A DNA stretch of 64,000 nucleotides from contig JAGYKD010000001.1 of the NCBI GenBank assembly GCA_018401695.1, positions 1,116,016 to 1,180,015 of the forward strand, read 5' to 3'. The position numbers and the translations under genes were made by a program. This DNA comes from Flavobacteriales bacterium. Lineage in GTDB: Bacteria; Bacteroidota; Bacteroidia; CAIKAF01. The notes under the pieces are model-generated. The model was not told where the DNA came from and did no database searches. It saw nothing but the letters and a program-made list of their open reading frames with translations. Within the stretch, counting starts at the first letter, position 1, and each line of letters begins with the position of its first letter. Shown piece by piece: positions 33,338-43,176 of the stretch.

Positions 33338-34341
33338 GAAATTCGGTCTACAGCATAATCCTTGCCTTTGCCCTCACCGGGTGTTTTAAGGAAGACGAAC
33401 CGGTGCCTCCTTACGTTTCACCGGAAGGAGTTACCACCGTGGTAGCTGAAATTGGACCGGACTACGGTACCCAACTCTTTTACGATTTGGAAACCAACAC
33501 CTTTTTTCCGCCGGTGCATCGGAATTCCTGGGATTTGGCCTTTTCATGCGAAGCCAACAACCCGGAAGTACGCATAAATGGCGCAAAGCTCATGCGGGTA
33601 TACGATTTGGGGGCCGTAGGTTTTGAGGCTGCTCAACTGCCTACGGGGAGCTTGGAATGGGAAGTAGATGCCCCATCCGGCAGTTCCGATTCCTTGGCCT
33701 TTGGCAGCTGGGGTAATCCACAAGACAACAAAGTGCTTTCCAACAACCACGTATATGTGGTAGATTTGGGTTTGAGCGTTACCGGGCAGCCTTTGGGCCG
33801 CAAAAAGGTCCAGTTTATTTCTTTCGAAAACCAAGTATTTACCCTGCGTTTTGGCGATTTGCAAGATCCCAATGGGTATCAGTTTCAGGTAGCCCAAGAC
33901 CCCAATTACAGCTTTCGATACCTGAGCTTGCAGGGACAGGGAGAGCTGGTGCAAGTGGCTCCCCCTAAAGAAGATTGGGACCTGATGTTCAGCCAATATA
34001 CCTCCTTGGTGCTCAATAACGAAACCGGCATTAAAGAACAGTATTCCGTGAATGGAGCATTGCTGAACCCTTATTTGGTGCAGGGCGACGTGCTTTTTGA
34101 TCTGGACTTTGAAAACATTGACTATACCGCGCTCAACCAAGTTTCTTGGACGGCACAATGGGATATCATTGGCTACGATTGGAAGGTTTACGACTTTGAT
34201 ATTTCCGGATACTACATTGCCACCGACCGAACGTATGTAGTGCAAAGCGTAGAGGGCAACTATTTTGCCTTTCGCTTCACCAGTTTTGTGAATCAGTTGG
34301 GGCAGCGTGGGTATCCTACCTTGGAGCTTCGACGACTGTAA
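33334..34341 (+). CDS. HmuY-like lipoprotein
   Basis: Lipobox LTGCF, …LFYDLETNTFFPPVHRNSWDLAFSCEANNPEVRINGA…, overlaps the receptor stop (operon). Confidence 0.6.
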   Translation: MRNSVYSIILAFALTGCFKEDEPVPPYVSPEGVTTVVAEIGPDYGTQLFYDLETNTFFPPVHRNSWDLAFSCEANNPEVRINGAKLMRVYDLGAVGFEAAQLPTGSLEWEVDAPSGSSDSLAFGSWGNPQDNKVLSNNHVYVVDLGLSVTGQPLGRKKVQFISFENQVFTLRFGDLQDPNGYQFQVAQDPNYSFRYLSLQGQGELVQVAPPKEDWDLMFSQYTSLVLNNETGIKEQYSVNGALLNPYLVQGDVLFDLDFENIDYTALNQVSWTAQWDIIGYDWKVYDFDISGYYIATDRTYVVQSVEGNYFAFRFTSFVNQLGQRGYPTLELRRL

Positions 34342-34430
34342 GCCTTTTTATTTCCTTTTTTTCTTTAGCATTGCTTTCAGTCTTTCTAGTATGGCAGGGT
34401 ATTGTACATTTGCCCTATTAAGGAAGCCAT

Positions 34431-36176
34431 ATGCTACGTAGCCATACTTGTGGAGAATTAAGCGCCGAACATTTGGGAGAGGAAGTGCGCCTGTGCGGCT
34501 GGGTGCAACGCAACCGTGACTTGGGAGGAATGACCTTTGTCGACTTGCGTGACCGCTATGGAATAACCCAATTGGCCTTTAACATGGAGGCCCGCCCTGA
34601 ACTGTGTGCCGCAGCGCGTAAACTCGGACGAGAATTCGTTATTGAAGTGCAGGGAACGGTTACCGAACGCGAAAGCAAAAATCCCAATTTACCCACCGGT
34701 GATATTGAGATCCGAGTGCTTCAGCTCAAGGTCTTGAATGCCAGCGAAACGCCGCCTTTTACCATCGAAAGCCACAGCGATGGGGGCGAAGAACTCCGCA
34801 TGAAATACCGCTATTTGGACCTCCGCCGGCCTCCTTTGCAACAGCACATGGAATTGAGGCATAAAACCGCCTTGGCAGTGCGCAACTTTTTGAGCGGTGA
34901 AGGGTTTTTGGAAATCGAAACTCCTTTCTTAATCAAATCCACACCCGAAGGAGCCAGGGACTTTGTAGTGCCCAGTTCCATGCACCCGGGCCAAGCCTAT
35001 GCTTTGCCTCAATCGCCACAAACCTTTAAGCAATTGCTTATGGTGGGCGGCTACGATCGATACTTCCAAATTGTTCGTTGTTTTAGAGACGAGGATTTGC
35101 GTGCCGACCGGCAACCGGAGTTTACGCAAATCGACTGCGAAATGGCCTTTGTAGAACGCGAAGACATTTTGAAAACCTTTGAAGCCCTTACCCGCCATAT
35201 TTTTAAAGCAGTGCGGGGCATTGAATTGCCCGAATTTAAGCGCCTGGCCTACGACGAAGCCATGCAACGCTTTGGCTCCGACAAACCCGATCTCCGATTT
35301 GGTATGGAGCTGAACAACCTGAGCCAACAAGCCAAAAACGGAAAGTTTACCATTTTTGAGTCGGCACAATCCATTCAAGCCATTGTGGTTCCGGCTGCGG
35401 CGGAATGGACCCGGAAGCAAATCGATGCCTGGACCGACTGGGTAAAACGTCCTCAAATTGGCGCCTCCGGCATGGTTTGGCTTAAATGCCAGGCCGATGG
35501 CAGTTTTAAATCTTCGGTCGATAAATTTTATGCCGAAGAAGAGCTGGCCTCCATGGCCCAAACAGCAGGCGCCGGCCCTGGCGACCTAATGCTCTTTCTT
35601 AGCGGCGACACCGCCAGGGTGCAAAAGCAATTGGGGCAGCTGCGGCTTGCCATTGCCGAGAGCTTGGGACTGCGCAACCCCGATGAATTTTGTCCCCTTT
35701 GGGTGCTTGATTTTCCCATGCTTGAATTCGATGAGGAGGCAGGCCGTTGGTTTGCCATGCACCACCCATTCACCAGTCCGTATACCGACGACCTCCAAAA
35801 AGTGCATAGCGATCCCGGGGCCATTCGCGCCAATGCTTACGACTTGGTGCTTAACGGCAACGAAATTGCCGGAGGCTCCATTCGTATTCACGACCGTGAA
35901 ATTCAGGCTAAGGTTTTCGACTTGCTTGGCTTTACCCAGCAAGAAGCGGAACAGCAGTTTGGTTTTTTACTCAATGCCTTTCGCTACGGAGCCCCTCCCC
36001 ACGGAGGTATTGCTTTTGGATTTGACCGGCTTTGCGCCTTGCTTGGCGGTAGCGAAACCATTCGCGATTTCATCGCATTCCCCAAGAACAACGCCGGCCG
36101 AGATTTAATGATCGACGCACCTTCCCCCCTTGCCCCCCAACAATGGAACGAACTCGGACTCAAAACCGACGCGTAA
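34431..36176 (+). CDS. aspS: aspartate--tRNA ligase
   Basis: 581 aa with an OB anticodon-binding domain and class II motifs ([18 protein letters not shown]; [10 protein letters not shown]). Confidence 0.95.
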   Translation: MLRSHTCGELSAEHLGEEVRLCGWVQRNRDLGGMTFVDLRDRYGITQLAFNMEARPELCAAARKLGREFVIEVQGTVTERESKNPNLPTGDIEIRVLQLKVLNASETPPFTIESHSDGGEELRMKYRYLDLRRPPLQQHMELRHKTALAVRNFLSGEGFLEIETPFLIKSTPEGARDFVVPSSMHPGQAYALPQSPQTFKQLLMVGGYDRYFQIVRCFRDEDLRADRQPEFTQIDCEMAFVEREDILKTFEALTRHIFKAVRGIELPEFKRLAYDEAMQRFGSDKPDLRFGMELNNLSQQAKNGKFTIFESAQSIQAIVVPAAAEWTRKQIDAWTDWVKRPQIGASGMVWLKCQADGSFKSSVDKFYAEEELASMAQTAGAGPGDLMLFLSGDTARVQKQLGQLRLAIAESLGLRNPDEFCPLWVLDFPMLEFDEEAGRWFAMHHPFTSPYTDDLQKVHSDPGAIRANAYDLVLNGNEIAGGSIRIHDREIQAKVFDLLGFTQQEAEQQFGFLLNAFRYGAPPHGGIAFGFDRLCALLGGSETIRDFIAFPKNNAGRDLMIDAPSPLAPQQWNELGLKTDA

Positions 36177-36913
36177 GGGCGGTTTTTTCGTCCCTTTGGC
36201 AAGCTTGGTTTGCTCTGCATTTTTTGGGTACACTATTCTTGTACTATGCGCCCCTCAAGTGGTGTTTTAGCAAAAAAAAGTTCGCAACAGCTTTGTGGCT
36301 CCAGCGGCGGTGGGCCGCCTACCTTAGGTTGGTTACCGGCATTCGCCTCCGGCAAAGCGGCCCAAAGCCTACGCAGTTCCCCGTGGTTTATATAGCCAAC
36401 CACGCCAATTTTCTGGACATAATTTTGGCCTACGGCCTCGTTCCCGACTATTTTCATTTCATGGCCAAACACAGTTTAGCTAAGGTGCCTTTGTTCCGCA
36501 TTCTTTTTCACAACAGCCATATTCCCTTCGATCGACACAACCCGCGCGAAGCCATGCGCGCTTTTATTCGTGCCCGCAACGACCTAAAGGCCGGTCGATC
36601 CATTTTTATATTTCCGGAGGCTACCCAAAACACCGGCGCACCACAGTTGCTTCCCTTTAAGGACGGGGCTTTTCGACTGGCATTGGCCACCGGAGCTCCC
36701 ATCGTTCCTTTGGTTTTTCACAACAATTACCGTTTGCTGGCGCACCAGCGCAAACTTTTTGCACGCGACACCTGGGGACGCCCCGGCAAGGCTCAAGTGA
36801 GCTTTTTGCCGGCCATCGACGCCCGCATGAGCCACTGCGACCCGGAAACTCTGGCCGAAGAAGTCCGTGTTCAAATGCAAGAATGTTTGAATCGAGGCTT
36901 TTCGAAGGGGTAG
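36143..36913 (+). CDS. plsC: 1-acyl-sn-glycerol-3-phosphate acyltransferase (lysophospholipid acyltransferase)
   Basis: NHANFLD and FPEATQ acyltransferase motifs. The ATG at 36143 overlaps the aspS 3' end by about 34 bp, so the start is uncertain. Confidence 0.8.
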   Translation: MERTRTQNRRVRAVFSSLWQAWFALHFLGTLFLYYAPLKWCFSKKKFATALWLQRRWAAYLRLVTGIRLRQSGPKPTQFPVVYIANHANFLDIILAYGLVPDYFHFMAKHSLAKVPLFRILFHNSHIPFDRHNPREAMRAFIRARNDLKAGRSIFIFPEATQNTGAPQLLPFKDGAFRLALATGAPIVPLVFHNNYRLLAHQRKLFARDTWGRPGKAQVSFLPAIDARMSHCDPETLAEEVRVQMQECLNRGFSKG

Positions 36914-37199
36914 TTTTTGGCGCCCAACCGGGCCCTCCCTTCAAGTCCTCCTTTGGAAAGCACCGAGGGCTAAGGCATGCGTGGGCCCCAAAAGAATCGG
37001 GGCCTCCGCGGCCCAAGCCCCCGGGCATTCCAAAGTCCGGGCTTTCCGTACCGGTCCCTGGGCGGTGTATCTTTGGTGTTTCTTAATAAACAATGAAACG
37101 CTTGCAGCAGCTTCAAAATGGTTTATCCCTATTGGAATGGCCCTGTTTTTTACCCTCCAACTTAGAAAACGCTCAATGGCTTGGGCCTTTTGTTTAGAT

Positions 37200-38450
37200 T
37201 TATTCGTGCTTGCTTTGCTCGCTATCCTCGCTTTCGCTATCGTCCGAAGCGGTCCCATTGTCTTCCAAAGCTTCTTTTTCGGTCCTGGGTTTTTTATGCA
37301 CCATTAACCCCACCATCATTACCAAGGCGGTCAAAATAATGACCTGAATAATTAAGGGTTTGGTTACCAAGGGTATTCGAAACGCTGCCGGAATAGACAA
37401 AAACAGCAAAATGGTAATTAGACCGCGCGGGGCAATAAAGAGCAAGGGAAGCGGATGCAAGCGAAGCAGGCGTAACTGTATGTAGCGAACCAGAAAAATG
37501 CCCCCGCAAATGCCGCCTGCCCAAGCCAGGGATTGAAGATCTAACAGCTCTTGAACGTCAATAAGAAAACCGAAAAGCAAGAAAAACAGCGACCGTACCA
37601 AAAAAGTGGCTTCGGTGGTTAAATCCTTGAATTTGCCTACTTCCTTATCCAACACGTCCGGTTTAAAAACCTGCATCCATTTAAAGCGCCTCAGTTCATC
37701 TAAGTTGCCTAAGAACAAGCCAAACACCATGATAAATATCAGGGCCGGCAAATGGTAAATTTTTGAAATACCGTAAATAATGAGCACCAATAAAATAATA
37801 GGTACAAACTTGATGTGGTGGTTTATTTTGGAGAGTAAAAAGGAAAGGCCGGCTGTGGCCACAAACGAAATGAGGCACATTAATAAAATTTCCCACAAAA
37901 ACAGCAGCACTTCGGAGCCTCCAATGCCCTCGTTGAGCAAAAAAAAGTTGAAAAAGATGACGCCCAGAATATCGGAAAGGCTGGATTCATACACCACAAA
38001 CTCCTGCCTGGGCTTGCTTAAGTTGCGTGCACTGGGAATGGCAATGGCACTGCTAATAATAAAAATAGGAATAGTGCTCAGTAAGCTGGCTTTAACCGGG
38101 TAGTGCAACACACCAATGAAAACGGCCGCCAAACCACCACTCAACAACACCAAAGCCAACAAAGCCATCCAAAAGGCCCGATTTAATAGGGTAAGCTTTG
38201 ATTTGTTGAACTCCAAATCAAGCGAGCCTTCCAACACAATTAAAATAAGACCAACCGTCCCTAAAAGGGGCAATAATGGCTCCAAATCCGGAACATCGAC
38301 CCATAAATAAACCGTAACCTCCTTTGCCAACCAGCCCAGCACCAACAACAAAATCACCGAAGGGATTTTGGTTTTTGCCGAGGTAATATCAAAGATATAT
38401 CCCAACAAAATTAAGGTGCACAAGGTGATAAGAATGATTTCCATAGACAA
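37200..38450 (-). CDS. cation:proton (Na+/H+) antiporter, CPA1 family
   Basis: 416 aa, about 11 TM segments with an acidic C-terminal tail. Confidence 0.75.
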   Translation of the reverse strand: MSMEIILITLCTLILLGYIFDITSAKTKIPSVILLLVLGWLAKEVTVYLWVDVPDLEPLLPLLGTVGLILIVLEGSLDLEFNKSKLTLLNRAFWMALLALVLLSGGLAAVFIGVLHYPVKASLLSTIPIFIISSAIAIPSARNLSKPRQEFVVYESSLSDILGVIFFNFFLLNEGIGGSEVLLFLWEILLMCLISFVATAGLSFLLSKINHHIKFVPIILLVLIIYGISKIYHLPALIFIMVFGLFLGNLDELRRFKWMQVFKPDVLDKEVGKFKDLTTEATFLVRSLFFLLFGFLIDVQELLDLQSLAWAGGICGGIFLVRYIQLRLLRLHPLPLLFIAPRGLITILLFLSIPAAFRIPLVTKPLIIQVIILTALVMMVGLMVHKKPRTEKEALEDNGTASDDSESEDSEQSKHE

Positions 38451-38525
38451 TTTGGCTTAAGCGTAAAGATAGGGCTCCTGTGGCAACTAATTTTCATTCG
38501 CTGCTTTGGCAATGTATCTTTAGGT

Positions 38526-39467
38526 ATGAAATCCTTGTGTTTAATTCGACTTTCGGGTAAGCCTGAGCAGCAAGCCGACTGGCCATGGTTGCATGCTTGG
38601 CTCTTACATCACTATCCTGAATTCAGCTCCTTCAGCTCCACACGGCAAAAAGTACCGGCCCATGCCCGATTGGTGTTTTTTACCGATTCGGATACTAAGG
38701 AAGCTATTCAGGTTTGGAAGGTTTGGAAAAATAGGCTTCAAGGACCTGAGGGAAAGCTCCCTGCCGATATGGTGCTATGGGCTCCAGGCACACCTTCGGA
38801 AGAATGGCTTAAACAAGGCTTTCATTGGTTGGTCCATGGACCCGGCACTTACTCCCTAGTGCTTTTGCTCCAAGCCTTGGAACAGCCTTTGAATCCTTTT
38901 TTTGATAAAATCCCCGGCATTGCTTTTCAAAATATGCTGGGTAAAATGAGCGTACAAGAGGCTGTTTTTTCGCACGACTCGGAGGAGTGGTGCGCCTCCC
39001 TTGTTCCTATCAAGCATGCCGTTCCTTTTGTTCCCATAGATCATGCCGGGCCGGCCATTCCCCTTGAACTTTGGCCCCAAACCCCTACACTTTTGTATGC
39101 CCAAAACAGCCCTGAAGAAGTTCCGGAGGCACAGGATAGTCCTTATTCGGTGGTGCTTTCGCCCCAAGCTTCGCGTGAGGCTACCGGACCGGTGCCGGGG
39201 ATTCGTTCGGTGTTGACCGCATGGCCGGCAGCTTGGCCCTCAGAAGCACCCTTGTATGTGCTCCCATGGCAAGACCACTGGCCGGGATTGCCGGGACATT
39301 TGCCCATTCCCCAAGTGGTTCAACCTTTGGAATGGAAGGGTTGGCACCCTTTGTTTCCAAAACATTCGGCCAAACAACGCAAGCGCATACATAGGCATTG
39401 GTCCGGAGCTATAAAACAACTGCATAAAGCGACCCAAAGGCCATTTTTTATGTTTTGGAAACGTTAA
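38526..39467 (+). CDS. hypothetical protein (Trp/Pro-rich)
   Basis: 313 aa with no recognisable motif. Confidence 0.35.
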   Translation: MKSLCLIRLSGKPEQQADWPWLHAWLLHHYPEFSSFSSTRQKVPAHARLVFFTDSDTKEAIQVWKVWKNRLQGPEGKLPADMVLWAPGTPSEEWLKQGFHWLVHGPGTYSLVLLLQALEQPLNPFFDKIPGIAFQNMLGKMSVQEAVFSHDSEEWCASLVPIKHAVPFVPIDHAGPAIPLELWPQTPTLLYAQNSPEEVPEAQDSPYSVVLSPQASREATGPVPGIRSVLTAWPAAWPSEAPLYVLPWQDHWPGLPGHLPIPQVVQPLEWKGWHPLFPKHSAKQRKRIHRHWSGAIKQLHKATQRPFFMFWKR

Positions 39468-39556
39468 GCATGCTTAATTTGGTAACCAAGTCCCTGATTT
39501 TTCGTTCATTATATATGCAAGTTTTGATGTTGCTTGCCGCTTTTTAAAACGAAATT

Positions 39557-40105
39557 ATGCGCTTTACTTTTGTGATGTGTCTGTTTGTATTGTTGGGTTC
39601 GGTTCTTGTTCAAGGACAAGTGCCCCAGTGGCATATAAACCCTGAAAAGATTGAGGTAAACTTTAAAATAAAAAACTTTGGATTCTGGGTGGACGGAACC
39701 CTAAGTGGAGTAGAAGCAACCATGTTTTTTGACCCTTCCAATTTGGACGAGAGCAAGATAGAAGGTGCGGTAAGTGCTTCCAGCATCCATACCGATAACA
39801 ATACCCGCGATAAACATTTGCGTAGCGAAGATTACTTTCATGTAGATAAGTTTCCAAAGCTTCGCATGGTATCCACCAAAATTACCCAAGGAGAAGGCGT
39901 ATTTAATTTCTTTGGAACGCTCACCATGCATGGCATTTCTAAGGACATAAACTTCCCCTTTATTTTTGCTTCCAAAGATGGAGAGGCCCTTTTAACCGCG
40001 AGGTTTGTGGTTAATCGTCAAGATTTTGAAATTGGCCCTTCCGGCCCTCCCGGAGATGAGGTGCACGTAAGTTTAGGGATAGCTTTTAAAAAAGCGAGTC
40101 CTTAA
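39557..40105 (+). CDS. YceI-family periplasmic protein
   Basis: Signal peptide plus the YceI-like core (…HTDNNTRDKHLRSEDYFHVDKFP…). Confidence 0.8.
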   Translation: MRFTFVMCLFVLLGSVLVQGQVPQWHINPEKIEVNFKIKNFGFWVDGTLSGVEATMFFDPSNLDESKIEGAVSASSIHTDNNTRDKHLRSEDYFHVDKFPKLRMVSTKITQGEGVFNFFGTLTMHGISKDINFPFIFASKDGEALLTARFVVNRQDFEIGPSGPPGDEVHVSLGIAFKKASP

Positions 40106-40971
40106 ATCAAACGAATCGGGTCACCTTCCCCCGGAATAAGTTTGAATTTTCCTGTTTGCCAATCCTGCTTGGCCTGCGCTAAACGCTCCTGGGAAGAGGC
40201 TACAAAATTCCAGTAAATAAAGCGTTCCTCCGGAAAAGCTTCTCCTCCAAAAATCAGCAAGCGGCTGCCTGCTTCCAGTTCAAACTGGCAAGGGGCACCC
40301 GGTTTGGCTGCCAACATATTTCCCGGTCCAATACGTTCGCCACAGGTGCTGAATCCCCCTTCGACTACAGATATTCCCCATTCCCCCAAAAAGCGCTCGT
40401 CAGGGCTTATGCTTGCCGGGTTTTCGGTGTTCCATTCCATCATATAGAGTGGAGAATAGACCGGTACCGGACTTTTATGGCCGCCAAAACTACCCGCCAC
40501 CAAACGCATCTGTACGCCCGATTCTTCCCAATAGGGCAAGTCTTTGGCCGCTACATGGTGAAACTCGGCAGGCATGTGCTCTTTTTCTTTGGGAAGCGCC
40601 ACCCAAACCTGGTATCCGTGCACAAGATAGCTACCTCCATCTCTCCAATGCACAGGAGTACGTTCGGTATGCACTACGCCGCTACCTGCGGTCATCCAGT
40701 TTACCGAGCCGGGTCGAATGATTTGGTCGCTGCCCAAACTGTCTTTGTGGTGTATGGCCCCTTCGAGCAACCAAGTGAGGGTAGACAGACCAATGTGCGG
40801 GTGCTGGCCTATGTCCATATAATGACCCGGCCCCACCGTGGAAGGGCCCATATGGTCAATGAAAATAAAAGGTCCTACCATGCGCTTTTTGCGGAAGGGC
40901 AAAAGCCTGCCTACTAAAAAATCGCCGATGTCTCGGCTTCGTTCGGGGATGATTTGGTGGATGTTGGACAT
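40102..40971 (-). CDS. pirin-family cupin protein
   Basis: 289 aa with HPHIGLSTLTWLLEG and related pirin signatures. Confidence 0.9.
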   Translation of the reverse strand: MSNIHQIIPERSRDIGDFLVGRLLPFRKKRMVGPFIFIDHMGPSTVGPGHYMDIGQHPHIGLSTLTWLLEGAIHHKDSLGSDQIIRPGSVNWMTAGSGVVHTERTPVHWRDGGSYLVHGYQVWVALPKEKEHMPAEFHHVAAKDLPYWEESGVQMRLVAGSFGGHKSPVPVYSPLYMMEWNTENPASISPDERFLGEWGISVVEGGFSTCGERIGPGNMLAAKPGAPCQFELEAGSRLLIFGGEAFPEERFIYWNFVASSQERLAQAKQDWQTGKFKLIPGEGDPIRLI

Positions 40972-41072
40972 AAAAATCTTTTTGGGAAGGTAGCTAATCC
41001 GGTCAATGTTTGGAATGGCTTACAATATTCTGACGCATCAAAACCATATGCCCCCAATCTTGTTTTTTAGCC

Positions 41073-41738
41073 ATGTACAACAAAAAGCGGAGCATTAAAG
41101 GTCAAAAATGGATTCTAGCAGGGACCCAAAGCCCTTGGGCTTTGGGTTTGGCCGAAACCTTGCTTGTGGCGGGGGTACAATTGCTGGCTTTTTCTATGAC
41201 AGAAACAGAGAATCAGCGATTCCGGAAACAAATGGCCGCTTGGGGCGACCAGCTCATTTGCCTCCATGGAGATTTGTATGCACCACAGGCCCAGAAAGAG
41301 TTAAAAGAACACGTGCAAGAAGCATGGTCCTATGCCGATGGCATTGTTTTTCCGGGTTTTGAACCCCAATACACCGGACCTTTCAGAGCGTTAAACCACG
41401 AAACTTGGCTCGCTGTGTTCGAAAGAACCTTGAATTTTCCTGCCCGCATGCACCGTTGCTTTTTGCCCTTGCTCGAACGCAGTCCCGAAGAAGCTTTTTT
41501 GGTACAGGTGGGACATACCGGTATTTTAGAGCCTATGCCCAATGCTGCGGTGTATGGCATGGTAGCTGCCGCACAACACAATTTATTGCTCAGCCTTAAG
41601 GAAGAATGGAAAGCCGCCCATATATATCCTTTAGAAATTATGTTGCCTTGGCAAGACTTGAAACAAAACGAAGACTTTAAGGCTCTGGGCCTAGAATTAG
41701 GTCGACAAATATTACGCTTGATTCAAAGTCCTTCTTAA
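41073..41738 (+). CDS. divergent SDR-like hypothetical protein
   Basis: Rossmann-like N-terminus (ILAGTQSPWALGLAETLLVAGVQL) but no clear YxxxK catalytic pair. Confidence 0.35.
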   Translation: MYNKKRSIKGQKWILAGTQSPWALGLAETLLVAGVQLLAFSMTETENQRFRKQMAAWGDQLICLHGDLYAPQAQKELKEHVQEAWSYADGIVFPGFEPQYTGPFRALNHETWLAVFERTLNFPARMHRCFLPLLERSPEEAFLVQVGHTGILEPMPNAAVYGMVAAAQHNLLLSLKEEWKAAHIYPLEIMLPWQDLKQNEDFKALGLELGRQILRLIQSPS

Positions 41739-42035
41739 CGAGTTTTCTCTAACCATTTGTTAGACACCTAAGCCTTGAACGATTTTTTGCCAAAGCGCCC
41801 TAAGTTAAGACTTTGTGGAGCTATTGGTTACCCAGCTCAGGTAGTTGTTGGGGTGAATGAGTTGGTAGGAAGCTTCGGGATAGGCGTTTATCCATGCTTT
41901 TGGAGCATGGATTTTGCGGTTGGGGTACCATTTAAAGCTCATTTAACGCCCTTTTTGAGCTACAAAAGACAATGGTTTGAGCTGTATGTGTTTCAATTCC
42001 TTATAACCTAGCGGTCTTTTTGGGGCCTTGCCTAT

Positions 42036-42190
42036 AGGAAGTTTTAGTATTTTATCCGGCACTTGTTCCGGCCAGCCTTGGCTCCGGTGCTTGGGGGCGG
42101 GTTCCGGGTTCCGAGCTAAGGCTCGGAATCCTCACCCTGCCCCCAACAACCCCTTTGCCTGCGGCGGGTCCTCCCTTGGTGCCGGGGGCC
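42036..42190 (-). repeat. GC-rich dispersed repeat, reverse-orientation copy
   Basis: The reverse complement reads …CCCCCGGCACCAAGGGAGGACCCGCCGCAGG……GGCTGGCCGGAACAAGTGCCGGATAAAATACTAAAACTTC, matching both the head and tail of the family. Confidence 0.6.
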
Positions 42191-42283
42191 ACACCTTTTG
42201 AAATCCTTTACGCTAAAGCAACCCGGCCTTCCGCCATTTTAAAACCATTTTTGGGAGGGCAGAAGACCTTAACTCTAAGGAGC

Positions 42284-42916
42284 CTAAGCCAACCGCTCCT
42301 CCAAAGCCCCAAAAAAGTCGCCCAAATCCCTGCCGTCCATGAGGGAGTGGTGCACTTCCAAGGACAAGGGCATAAAATGTCTGCCATTGATTTCCTTGAT
42401 TTTTCCACTCACAATTCTGGGCCAATGGTCGCTGTAAGCTTCCCGATGCGGGTTTTTAAATGCCGTAAAATGCACCCAAGGCAAAACGCTAAAAAAGGCA
42501 ATGTCGTTGCGGGAATCGTTGGGTTGCAGGCCGGGTACTTCTTTTTGGGAGGCCAATACCGATTGTCCATGGACCACAAACTGTTCCAAGTCGCATTGGT
42601 ACCCAAAATCGGCAAAATAAAAGCTACCGTCTTCGCGTGCTACGGTGCAGCCGGCATCTACATGATCGTACAAACACAAGTTTTCTTGGTCGTGAAAGCG
42701 CAAGCGCCAGGCCGGAAGTTCGTCCATAACCATTAAGGCTTGGTGCACATACTTTAGAAAGAATGGCGTATTGGAGTCTTGGCGCGCCCTGCTGACTTCA
42801 ATTTGAGCGGTAAGCATAAAAAAGGGGTCTTGGTAATCCCTAAAAAAAAGGTACGTTCCTTTGCGTTTCCAGCTGTCCAAAGGAAACCATTGAAAGGCAT
42901 GTTTTTCCTGAGCCAT
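42284..42916 (-). CDS. chloramphenicol O-acetyltransferase-like (CAT family) protein
   Basis: Start re-set to MAQEKHAFQWFPLDSWKRKGTYLFF (CAT-like N-terminus). The catalytic-region motif LEVHHSLMDG corresponds to CAT HHAVCDG. Length about 210 aa. Confidence 0.7.
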   Translation of the reverse strand: MAQEKHAFQWFPLDSWKRKGTYLFFRDYQDPFFMLTAQIEVSRARQDSNTPFFLKYVHQALMVMDELPAWRLRFHDQENLCLYDHVDAGCTVAREDGSFYFADFGYQCDLEQFVVHGQSVLASQKEVPGLQPNDSRNDIAFFSVLPWVHFTAFKNPHREAYSDHWPRIVSGKIKEINGRHFMPLSLEVHHSLMDGRDLGDFFGALEERLA

Positions 42917-42960
42917 GAACAAAGGTACAAACACACAGCGGAAGGAATGATAGAGAGTAG

Positions 42961-43100
42961 GCCCCCGGCCGGGTGGATGCCCGGCGGCTGCGGCCTGCGC
43001 CAAGGGCGGGCCGAGGAGGCGGACCTTTGGGGAGCCACCGCAGGCCCTTGCCCTTGGCAGCAGGGGGCCGCCGAAGGCAGGAACCGGGGCCGGATAGAAT
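42961..43100 (+). repeat. GC-rich dispersed repeat, forward copy
   Basis: …GCCGAGGAGGCGGACC…GCCACCGCAGGCCC……GGCCGGATAGAATAC. It sits between the cat-like start and the pepP start. The track ORF 42973-44469 wrongly reads through it. Confidence 0.6.
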
Positions 43101-43176
43101 ACCGGCACTACCCATGGGCGAGGCCCCGCTTCTTCATTCCCTCTTTTTATTGGTAGTTTTGCAAAAACCGAAGGTT

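Noticed and set aside
42973-43176. N-terminal 68-codon extension of pepP in the ORF track (and similarly 13314-13520 for the ABC-F gene)
   Set aside because: The extensions are Gly/Arg/Pro-rich translations of the GC-rich dispersed repeat. Family-typical N-termini begin at internal ATGs (43177 and 13313).
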